Of a stretch of DNA of 64,000 nt, positions 56,689 through 64,000 are shown piece by piece. A model generated the notes under the pieces. That model worked only from the letters and a program-made list of their open reading frames with translations. It did not search any database and was not told the DNA's origin. The stretch comes from an archaeon (GTDB lineage Archaea; Thermoproteota; Nitrososphaeria; Nitrososphaerales; JACAEJ01). The translations under genes and the position numbers were made by a program. How positions within the stretch are numbered: position 1 is the stretch's first letter; every line of letters begins with the position of its first letter. The DNA is taken from positions 7,427-71,426 of the forward strand of contig JACGUG010000002.1 in NCBI GenBank assembly GCA_024256285.1, in the 5' to 3' direction.

Positions 56689-57750
56689 CTACTTTTCCTT
56701 AAATTTCACCTTATATCTCGGAGCAACTTCTTGAAGTGTCTTAATTATGAGGTTGTAAAGAAAATCGTCGGGCAAACCCCTCCCTATTGCGTTGATAACG
56801 ATCCTTCCGCTACTCAGGCTCTTGATATCCCCAACGAAATCGACTTCTTGACCTAACCTCACCAAACTAGCTTTAAGGAAGAAGCCCTCATTGCCGATAA
56901 ACGCTTTTATATGGTTGACTTCTCCTCCCGCGCCGATCACCTTTTCCCCTATCCCCCTTAACAGGTCTCGTAAGAAGTTCTTCACGTCAGACTCGCTGAG
57001 GGCACGCTCAGACGTGATAGTGTACTGTTCTCCCCTCCATCCTATCTCAGTCACAGACCTAGCAAAACTCTTGACCACGGTCATGGTGACGGTGGGAAAG
57101 ACTTCATGCCTTCCATGGAGTACTACATCCAATAATTCATTTAAGCCCATTCCCGTCTTTGCCGACATAGTCATCAATCTTGCCCTAGGATTGATTTCCC
57201 GAACCATTTTTTCTATAAATGGGATCTTGTCTGGTGGCACCAGATCGATCTTATTTATCACAACTACCTCCGCGTCCTCTATCTGACGTGACTCGATATA
57301 GGGCAACTCTGTACCATGTTGACTATAGTGTAAAAGTTGTGGCCCATCGATTAATATCGTTATAGGCGCCACCTCTAATTTCTCACCTAACTCTCTCCCC
57401 AAATCTTCATATAGTTTTGAGGGTAGGAAGTATGCTACTGGCTCAATGAACATAATATCAGGGATGAACTTCTTAGTTATCGTGTCAACAACTTCGCTGA
57501 CTCGGTCCAAATAAAAGCAGATACATCCTCCTGTAATATCCTCAGCCTCAAATCCAAGACTTTTTATCACCTCTCCATCGACGTTGATAACACCTTTGTC
57601 ATTGGTTATCACCGCCACACGCTTCCCTTCTCCACTTAGTTTTTTCCCCATCTGTATGATGGTGGTGGTCTTCCCAGTACCATAAAATCCACCTATAAGT
57701 GCCACTCTTATTTTCTCCATTTCGTTCAATTTCTTTATCCCTTGCCCCAA
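56689..57750 (-). CDS. G3E-family (CobW/HypB/UreG-like) P-loop GTPase
   Basis: It has the P-loop GGFYGTGKTT, GGCICF (a CxC-type metal motif) and NKIDL (NKxD). Confidence 0.6.
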   Translation of the reverse strand: MGQGIKKLNEMEKIRVALIGGFYGTGKTTTIIQMGKKLSGEGKRVAVITNDKGVINVDGEVIKSLGFEAEDITGGCICFYLDRVSEVVDTITKKFIPDIMFIEPVAYFLPSKLYEDLGRELGEKLEVAPITILIDGPQLLHYSQHGTELPYIESRQIEDAEVVVINKIDLVPPDKIPFIEKMVREINPRARLMTMSAKTGMGLNELLDVVLHGRHEVFPTVTMTVVKSFARSVTEIGWRGEQYTITSERALSESDVKNFLRDLLRGIGEKVIGAGGEVNHIKAFIGNEGFFLKASLVRLGQEVDFVGDIKSLSSGRIVINAIGRGLPDDFLYNLIIKTLQEVAPRYKVKFKEK

Positions 57751-57826
57751 GTTTAAAGTTTATCGATGTAAAGCATAGTCCTATAATGAGACTAAGATAC
57801 CAAATCCAACGGGTTAGTTGCCGTTT

Positions 57827-58351
57827 TCAATCTCCCTTTCTACGCCGTAGTTGCTTAATAATCCCAACCAAGAAGTTCATTCTTGGCACCTTTTGCATAT
57901 AGCGTTTATAGTCATCGCCAAACTTCTCGATATTTAATTGGTCTCCCGATAGAATAATTAGGTAGCAGCATGCAATCCCCACAATAGAATTAATTGTAAT
58001 TATCCAATTTTGAAAAAAGAAGATATGAGAAAAGAACATCACCATCCCACCCAAATACATCGGATGCCGAACAATACCGTAGATTCCACTATCAATGAGA
58101 TTACCGGTACCTTTCCTACGAAGGGTGAATATGGATATAATAACGAATAACGCACCGATACCGAGTATCATCCATCCTACAACTAGTAATTCTTCGATGA
58201 TTGGAACTATATTTAGCAATAAGGGCAATGATATGTTAAGGAGAAAAACGATTCCTATGATACTAAGTAAAATGTTGTCTTTTGTCTCTCGCCTCATATT
58301 TTTATCCTCCTTTTTATCCTCCTTCTGATTTTTCCAGTATAAGTGTACCAT
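57827..58351 (-). CDS. isoprenylcysteine carboxyl methyltransferase-family membrane protein
   Basis: It has GIYGIVRHPMYLGGMV and ..FGDDYKRYMQKVP. Confidence 0.75.
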   Translation of the reverse strand: MVHLYWKNQKEDKKEDKNMRRETKDNILLSIIGIVFLLNISLPLLLNIVPIIEELLVVGWMILGIGALFVIISIFTLRRKGTGNLIDSGIYGIVRHPMYLGGMVMFFSHIFFFQNWIITINSIVGIACCYLIILSGDQLNIEKFGDDYKRYMQKVPRMNFLVGIIKQLRRRKGD

Positions 58352-58444
58352 CTATCTTATTGAGTTCCCATGGTGTGTCAGATTCATTTGGAATTCATCT
58401 CCCAACTACAAGGAAGATCGTCATAAATGATCGTTGTTATGATA

Positions 58445-59107
58445 TTACTCTTCGATATCGATCTGCTCCAGCCTATCAAGGGCCTGTAGAACCTCTTCCC
58501 TTAAAGCCTTGACCTTGTCGTCGACCTTCGCCCCTTCAGGTTTTACCTTCGGTTTCTCTTTCTTTGGCACCACTTTGGTTGGCATGGTGGGTTTGGGGGC
58601 TGGACCTAAAACTTCTACCAACTTGGCTTTCGCTCGATTCAACCTACTCTCTATCTGCCCTATCTTTCTCTCGAATAAGTCGATCAGCTCGTCTCGAAGG
58701 TTCTCTAACTCTCCAACCTCGATCAGTAGCTCTGTGTTCCCTAGCTTCTCTTCTACTCTTTTCAGTTGTTCACGATATTTTTTTGAAAGCTGTTCTCTCT
58801 CCTCCTTGGTTATCTTTTTTTGAACCTCTGCCTCATATACACGTGTGAGGGCGCTGGAGAGTAGCTCCTTTTCGAGCAGTATAGCGTTCAACTCTTTTCG
58901 AGCCTTCTCAAGTTCAGGCATCTGGACGAGTTTTTCCTGATCAGGTAGGGGGAGGGGTTTGGGAATATCAGTTTCAGCCTTTTCAATGGGTCGTTTTTTT
59001 GAAGCCACTTTCGATGCGATATAAAGGATTGAAGACCCTATTACGAGGCCGATCCCTAAGCCGATAGCCACATCGAAAAGCTCCATCTGACTCCAATAAT
59101 TAATCAT
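58445..59107 (-). CDS. membrane-anchored coiled-coil protein
   Basis: It has an N-terminal TM helix (VAIGLGIGLVIGSSILYIA) followed by long E/K/L-rich heptad-like segments. Confidence 0.55.
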   Translation of the reverse strand: MINYWSQMELFDVAIGLGIGLVIGSSILYIASKVASKKRPIEKAETDIPKPLPLPDQEKLVQMPELEKARKELNAILLEKELLSSALTRVYEAEVQKKITKEEREQLSKKYREQLKRVEEKLGNTELLIEVGELENLRDELIDLFERKIGQIESRLNRAKAKLVEVLGPAPKPTMPTKVVPKKEKPKVKPEGAKVDDKVKALREEVLQALDRLEQIDIEE

Positions 59108-59199
59108 ATGATGGTATTTAAAAGTGATCGGTTAAGCTCTGAGCGAATCGTTGTAAGATAGAAATTTATGGGAGCAACTGATTTACAACAGAGATAGGA

Positions 59200-60159
59200 A
59201 TGGCATACCCTCCTCAACTATTCGATGTATTGAGAAGGCAGAAATATCATATGGTTGGTAGGCACTCAAGTGTCAAGAAGTGCAAGTGGTTGCATGAGAG
59301 CCTTGTTCGGAATAAATTCTGCTACAAGCAAAAGTTCTATGGTATAAGATCACATCGCTGCCTTCAGATGACGCCAGCAGTCTTGAGTTGCTTGACCCAC
59401 TGCATCTATTGTTGGAGGGTTATGCCTGAGGATCTAGGTATAAAGTGGGATGAGACATTTAAAGGCGGATGGGATGAGCCAGAGGAGATAATAGAAGGTT
59501 GCATCAAAGAGCAGAGAAGGATACTTACAGGTTATAAAGATCAGGTCATCAAGGGAAGGGTGAGCAAAGAAAAGTACGAGGAAGCCCTCAACCCAAATAT
59601 GGCAGCCATAAGCCTCTCAGGTGAGCCTACACTATACCCTAAGCTGGGAGAGCTGATAAAATCGTTTAAAGAGAAGGGGTTCACTACATTTCTGGTAACG
59701 AGCGGCGTACTTCCAGAGGCTCTGAAAAGGCTTGATTCAGAGCCTTCTCAACTTTACGTATCTATAACTGCACCAGACTACGAGACCTATCAGAAGGTCA
59801 ACCGTCCGATCTCACCAAGGCTATGGTATTCCCTTATGGAGACTCTTGAGCTCATGAAGAGCTTCAGATGCCCAAAAGTTATGAGGATAACGGCCATAAA
59901 GGGCATAAACATGGATCATCCAGAGGATTTCAGCAGATTGATAGACTTATCTGACTGCACATACGTGGAGATAAAGGCTTACATGCACCTTGGATATTCT
60001 ACAGGCAGACTTGAAAGAAGCAACATGCCGAGATTTAAAGATATTGAAAAGATGGGAGGGCAGATATCTGAGTCAACGGGGTATAGGGTCGTAGGAAGGT
60101 GTAAGGACAGTCGAGTAGTACTACTTTCAAGACTTAAAAGGCCCATCACCTTCGATTGA
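59200..60159 (+). CDS. taw1: tRNA 4-demethylwyosine synthase (Taw1/TYW1, radical SAM)
   Basis: It has KCKWLHESL and CLQMTP..CTHCIYCWR, the two Cys clusters typical of Taw1. Confidence 0.85.
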   Translation: MAYPPQLFDVLRRQKYHMVGRHSSVKKCKWLHESLVRNKFCYKQKFYGIRSHRCLQMTPAVLSCLTHCIYCWRVMPEDLGIKWDETFKGGWDEPEEIIEGCIKEQRRILTGYKDQVIKGRVSKEKYEEALNPNMAAISLSGEPTLYPKLGELIKSFKEKGFTTFLVTSGVLPEALKRLDSEPSQLYVSITAPDYETYQKVNRPISPRLWYSLMETLELMKSFRCPKVMRITAIKGINMDHPEDFSRLIDLSDCTYVEIKAYMHLGYSTGRLERSNMPRFKDIEKMGGQISESTGYRVVGRCKDSRVVLLSRLKRPITFD

Positions 60160-60239
60160 TTCTATATAATGTGTTTATAAAACCAAAAAATTCTTAAGTC
60201 AATTAATCTGAATACCTATCCTCTTAAGGAAGTTGAATT

Positions 60240-60824
60240 ATGTTCCAGATAGTTGAGCTTGAAGATGTTATAAGGGTTCCTCCGGCAAAGTTCGGTCAAC
60301 CACTTGATGAGGTAGCATTAGAGATTCTGAAGACGAAATATGAGAGTACGATAAATCCTGAGTTGGGTTACATAATCTTGATCAGGGATGTGTCTGTTGG
60401 TCGTGTAGGGAAGATAATCCCTGGTGATGGAAGCACTTACCACAAGGTGAAGTTCTCTGTACTCAACTTTTATCCGAAGATTCAAGAGATAGTGGAAGGA
60501 GAGATCGTCGAAATTACCGACTTTGGAGCCTTCGTCAGGATAGGGCCTGTTGACGCTATGCTCCACCTCTCTCAGATTACAGACGATTTTCTGACCAGTG
60601 ATGTAAGACAGGGCATTATATTGGCAAGCAAGAGCAAGAGGACGATCAAAGTCGGCTCCAAAGTCAGAGTTAGAATCACTGCGGTGAGCTTAGGGCGAGG
60701 AGCGACTATAGGGAAGATTGGAGTGACGAGCAGGCAGCCTTTCTTAGGAGCCCTTGAGTGGATCGAGGAGGATCTGAAGAAGGCTTCAAAGATGGTTGAA
60801 GTGGAGAGCAAAACAAAAACCTGA
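60240..60824 (+). CDS. rpo7: DNA-directed RNA polymerase subunit Rpo7 (E')
   Basis: It has MFQIVELEDVIRVPP and an S1 domain (GEIVEITDFGAFVRIGPVDAMLH). Confidence 0.9.
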   Translation: MFQIVELEDVIRVPPAKFGQPLDEVALEILKTKYESTINPELGYIILIRDVSVGRVGKIIPGDGSTYHKVKFSVLNFYPKIQEIVEGEIVEITDFGAFVRIGPVDAMLHLSQITDDFLTSDVRQGIILASKSKRTIKVGSKVRVRITAVSLGRGATIGKIGVTSRQPFLGALEWIEEDLKKASKMVEVESKTKT

Positions 60825-60841
60825 AAGAAATGTGAGATCCA

Positions 60842-61030
60842 TTGGTTAAAGAATTGGCGTGTAGGAAATGCAAAACATTGACTACAGATCGTATCTGTCC
60901 TAACTGCAAATCCAAGGATTTGAGCCCTGATTGGTCGGGACTTATAATCATCGAAGATGTCGATCGATCCCTTGTGGCCAAGACACTGGATATCAGCAGA
61001 CCTGGGAGGTATGCCCTGAAGGTTACCTGA
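60842..61030 (+). CDS. spt4: transcription elongation factor Spt4 (RpoE'')
   Basis: It has ACRKCK..CPNCKS (Zn ribbon) and DWSGLIII. The start is TTG in the track. Confidence 0.85.
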   Translation: MVKELACRKCKTLTTDRICPNCKSKDLSPDWSGLIIIEDVDRSLVAKTLDISRPGRYALKVT

Positions 61031-61053
61031 AAGTATAAAAGGCAAGTAAAAAG

Positions 61054-61617
61054 ATGCATCGAATCAGACACATCAAGAGCACCGATATTATAAAGTACGA
61101 ATATATATTGACAGAAGAGCTAAGAGAGGTATTGAAGGAGCCTTTGGGGCTCCTAGTTTCCAACGATAGGTTGACTTATGAAGAGATAGCACGTCACATC
61201 GATAAAAGCGAGATTGTAGTTACAGTAGGGGATGCCACTACTGAGAGATTGATCAGCTTGGGCATCGTACCATCTGTCCAGATAGTCGATGGGAGAGAGA
61301 TGCGCATTGAGAGGGATCTACCTATTTCAAAAATAGAGACTCAACTAAGAGCTTCGAACCCTGCAGGGCACATATCGAGAGAGTCTTTGATGGCTTTATC
61401 GACGGCTATAAAAGCGAGGAAGCCTGTCAGGATCATTATAGACGGAGAAGAGGACCTCCTTGCACTCCCTACGATAGCACTGTTCCCTAATTGTACATCT
61501 GTCCTTTATGGGCAACCTGGAAGGGGGGTGGTCATCATCAAAGTGGATCAAAGATCAAGGGAGATGGTAATTTCGTTCATGGATAAGATGGTCATAAAGT
61601 GTGTCAATGATGGTTAA
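61054..61617 (+). CDS. DUF359-family protein (archaeal GTP-dependent dephospho-CoA kinase type)
   Basis: It has VVTVGDATTERL and IIDGEEDLLALP. It lies in the conserved archaeal rpo7-spt4-DUF359-S24e-S27ae context. Confidence 0.6.
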   Translation: MHRIRHIKSTDIIKYEYILTEELREVLKEPLGLLVSNDRLTYEEIARHIDKSEIVVTVGDATTERLISLGIVPSVQIVDGREMRIERDLPISKIETQLRASNPAGHISRESLMALSTAIKARKPVRIIIDGEEDLLALPTIALFPNCTSVLYGQPGRGVVIIKVDQRSREMVISFMDKMVIKCVNDG

Positions 61618-61677
61618 GGCTATGCTAAAATTATAAAGATATATATCACGGATAGTTTCGGTTCGAAAGGTGGTGCT

Positions 61678-62013
61678 TTGAGCTTTCAAGTAAAGGAGGA
61701 TAACAGGAACGACCTGCTCAGAAGGAGGGAGATCGACTGCGTCTTCAGCTCCATGACTGGGTCTTTGACAAGGCAAGATGCTGTGAAGATGGTTGCAGAA
61801 AAGCTTAATGTAGATGTAGACAAAGTTTATCTAATCTCTTTAAAGATGAAGACTGGTACAAGGGATGTCTCCGGGCTCTTTTACATATACGATAATACTG
61901 AGGATGCTAAAAAGCAACTCCCAAGACATCTATTTTTAAGGATGCTATCAAAAGAGGAGAGGGAGAAGGTGGTCAAGGAGGCAAAGAAGAAAGAGGCAAA
62001 GAAAGGCTCATAA
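61678..62013 (+). CDS. rps24e: 30S ribosomal protein eS24
   Basis: It has NDLLRRREI.. and ..TGTRDVSGLFYIYDN. Confidence 0.9.
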   Translation: MSFQVKEDNRNDLLRRREIDCVFSSMTGSLTRQDAVKMVAEKLNVDVDKVYLISLKMKTGTRDVSGLFYIYDNTEDAKKQLPRHLFLRMLSKEEREKVVKEAKKKEAKKGS

Positions 62014-62029
62014 GTAGGAGGTGTAGAAG

Positions 62030-62218
62030 TTGTCTGAGGAAAAGAAAGTTAAGAAGAAGACTAGTCCCCGGATCTGGAAATTTTACCGAATCGATGGTCC
62101 ATCTTTGGTCAGGTTGAGGAAGGAGTGCCCAAGGTGTGGAAGAGGGGTTTTCCTTGCTGAGCATGAAGACCGATCGACTTGTGGAAAATGTGGATATACG
62201 ATCTTCAAGAAGAAATGA
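62030..62218 (+). CDS. rps27ae: 30S ribosomal protein eS31 (S27ae)
   Basis: It has the Zn ribbon [25 protein letters not shown]. Confidence 0.9.
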   Translation: MSEEKKVKKKTSPRIWKFYRIDGPSLVRLRKECPRCGRGVFLAEHEDRSTCGKCGYTIFKKK

Positions 62219-63898
62219 TTAAGGTGTAATTACCTTATTCATTTCATCTCTAATAGCTTTAACTACAGTTGGAGCTAGAGTTGCTTGGAAGGGTAAAAGG
62301 TACTTCAGACTTAAGGCTTCTTTGACCGTATCGATATCTCCTACTTTCAGATAACCATCCAAAAATGCCTGAGTTACCTTCCTTGCCCCACTAGTATTCA
62401 AAGTAAGTTTGTTCGAATAATAGACGAATTCTGCGATATCCCATGCTATATCTCCATTCTCGGCAGACTGCTCCAGATCTGTCAAGAATATCTTCCCTTC
62501 TGAAAATATTGCATTGTTAGGCTTCGTATCCCCTAAAGAATACCCATGTTTATGTGCAAAACCCATACTCTCGCCGTACATGGAAATCGGGGATGCATCC
62601 ACACAACGCTCATCTAAGATTTCCTTGACGTTTTTACCTAGATTGACTCCATCTATGAACTCTGTAATCAATATCTTCTTGTTCAAGATCATCGAGATCA
62701 CTTTTGGCGTATTCAAGCCGATCTCTCTCAACCGCCTTATAGCCCTGTACTCATTTTTGAGTCTCGTTAGGGGGGATAGTTCGAACCTTTTAGTAAAAAA
62801 TGCCCATAAGTTCAAAAAAGCCCACTTTAAAGACATGGGGTCTTTGAACCTTTTCACGGCTATAGCGATCTCTTCATCACCATCCTTCAATGCATATACC
62901 TTCAAGGTTTCGTGAAACTCTTCTCGCCGTCTTTGAGTTATCTTGGTATTCTGGCTCAGACCGAGGTAGTCTATAATCTTGTGAAGCCAGTCATCACTTT
63001 CAACGATCAACAAGCCTTCATCGATCCTCCAGAGGTTCTTTGGGTGCTCCATCTCCTCTGGTATGTGACCAAGATCTTTTGATCGGCTGATCTTTGATAG
63101 CACTTCCTTCCTCACAACATCTAGACTTACACGCCCTGCGTAACCATGGGCTACATAGGACATTATACCCCTCTTGGTGTACGAGAGTTTTTTCAGGAAC
63201 TTTCTGGTCTTTCTTAACTTAAGGTACTTCTCCTTAATCCTAAAGGATTCATCATCTAATGAAATCCATCCCTGTATTTCCATTTCTTTTAATGGTGCAA
63301 GAAAACCTTTAAGGGTCGCATTCAGATTCTCTTCACTCAAGTGCCCACCATAGGTCTTCACGTAACTGTATAAAACTGGTGGATAAAGAGATGCTCTTTT
63401 CTTAAGCTTCTCGAATAAAAGATACTTTACTGGGATGATGAATTCTGTGGAGAGATCGCCATAAGTTAAGGCCATCTCATCCAGAATTTCGAATATCACC
63501 CTGCTCTTTAACTTTCTTTCAACTTCTTCGATAAATTCCCCTCCTGTTAGAGCTTCATAGGCATTCAATAGCCTACCAGCTATAAATTCACCTAAAGAAG
63601 CCTCTTCAGCATCCTTCATCAAAGACTTGCTATCGATGATTAAAGCGGATAGATTTAGCCCTTTTTTCACATATTTATACTTCAATTTTTGCTTGTATCT
63701 TGAGAGAGCAACTATAACGTCATAATCACTATCTTTTCTTGCGTAGCCAGTAATACGAGACCCATAGACACAGATGGCTACAACTTCTTTATCTTTGGCT
63801 ATATCTTCAAGGGCTTCGAAGATCAGATTCTTTTCGTTTTCTTCCAGCTTACAGATATTTCCACTTTCATTAATTTCATTCATAGCCCTTTCGCTCAA
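62219..63898 (-). CDS. fusion protein: N-terminal Pol-beta-type nucleotidyltransferase (Tam41/Mmp37-like) plus C-terminal RIO/Bud32-like kinase domain
   Basis: The N-terminus has VYGSRITGYARKDSDYDVIV (GS..DxD) and LGEFIAGRLLNAYEAL. The C-terminus has IAVKRFKD, ILITEFIDG, LGDTKPNN and FLTDLEQS. An alternative ATG lies at 63883. Confidence 0.55.
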   Translation of the reverse strand: MSERAMNEINESGNICKLEENEKNLIFEALEDIAKDKEVVAICVYGSRITGYARKDSDYDVIVALSRYKQKLKYKYVKKGLNLSALIIDSKSLMKDAEEASLGEFIAGRLLNAYEALTGGEFIEEVERKLKSRVIFEILDEMALTYGDLSTEFIIPVKYLLFEKLKKRASLYPPVLYSYVKTYGGHLSEENLNATLKGFLAPLKEMEIQGWISLDDESFRIKEKYLKLRKTRKFLKKLSYTKRGIMSYVAHGYAGRVSLDVVRKEVLSKISRSKDLGHIPEEMEHPKNLWRIDEGLLIVESDDWLHKIIDYLGLSQNTKITQRRREEFHETLKVYALKDGDEEIAIAVKRFKDPMSLKWAFLNLWAFFTKRFELSPLTRLKNEYRAIRRLREIGLNTPKVISMILNKKILITEFIDGVNLGKNVKEILDERCVDASPISMYGESMGFAHKHGYSLGDTKPNNAIFSEGKIFLTDLEQSAENGDIAWDIAEFVYYSNKLTLNTSGARKVTQAFLDGYLKVGDIDTVKEALSLKYLLPFQATLAPTVVKAIRDEMNKVITP

Positions 63899-64000
63899 GC
63901 TCCTCGAGCTTCAGCTTTAAGAGGGGGTCGATCTTCATGTTCAAGATCAGTGATACTGGAACCCTTATGATGTTGCTGTCAGGGGATAGATTTACTGTAG
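63876..64000 (-). CDS. partial CDS (C-terminal 41 codons), function unknown
   Basis: Hand translation gives ..TVNLSPDSNIIRVPVSLILNMKIDPLLKLKLEELERKGYE*. The TGA at 63876-63878 overlaps the start region of the NTase-kinase gene. The N-terminus lies beyond the window. Confidence 0.35.
   Translation of the reverse strand, partial: TVNLSPDSNIIRVPVSLILNMKIDPLLKLKLEELERKGYE

Noticed and set aside
60318-61071. Minus-strand ORFs of 82, 157 and 121 aa.
   Set aside because: They are antisense to rpo7 and spt4, which carry clear S1 and Zn-ribbon motifs.

Overview
The window is a 64-kb archaeal chromosomal segment. It carries archaeal-type aEF-2, RFC small subunit, PCNA, PriS/PriL plus a GINS-like gene, Rpo7/Spt4, eS24/eS31, Taw1 and a CdvB-like ESCRT-III protein. 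Together with archaeal-type CODH/ACS and F420 genes, this suggests a TACK/Thermoproteota-like lineage such as Bathyarchaeia; the lineage call is inference only.

Gene content:
- 1-6.9 kb: a minus-strand operon of cdhC-cdhD-cdhE, a polyferredoxin, a tungsten-type aldehyde:ferredoxin oxidoreductase and a partial CooT-like gene.
- 7-20 kb: trxB, a NitT/TauT-type ABC transporter, two PAC2 paralogs, a GATase, a TSUP exporter, an intron-containing tRNA-Arg(CCG) next to argS, and thrC.
- 20.6-23.1 kb: an AT-rich island with two HEPN-motif proteins.
- 23-38 kb: hisS, rfcS, a phosphoribosyltransferase with a decayed inverted paralog, aEF-2, PHI, a DHH phosphoesterase, prefoldin beta, glycosylation genes and CdvB.
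- 38-45.5 kb: a complete archaeal riboflavin operon (ribB, ribC, ribH, arfA, amidohydrolase, arfC, arfB), followed on the same strand by nnr and an M50 protease.
- 45.5-64 kb: a GerW-DUF2953-GerW cluster, GINS-priS-priL, a decayed GT2 gene, PCNA, a JAMM protease, cofH/cofG, ubiX-rpiA-nitroreductase, a G3E GTPase, taw1, rpo7-spt4-DUF359-S24e-S27ae, and an NTase-kinase fusion.

Most interesting observations:
- A deaminase-signature amidohydrolase is translationally coupled inside the riboflavin operon and is a candidate for the unassigned archaeal pyrimidine deaminase.
- A dispersed family of ~50-nt elements (four full copies) has conserved blocks and a covarying hairpin, and could be an sRNA or terminator module.
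- The AT-rich island carries two Rx4H (HEPN) proteins and a small ORF.
- The tRNA-Arg has a 13-nt intron at the non-canonical 29/30 position.

Limits: all functional calls rest on motif recognition by eye from the supplied translations. No searches or computations were run. GC values are spot counts of single 60-nt lines.
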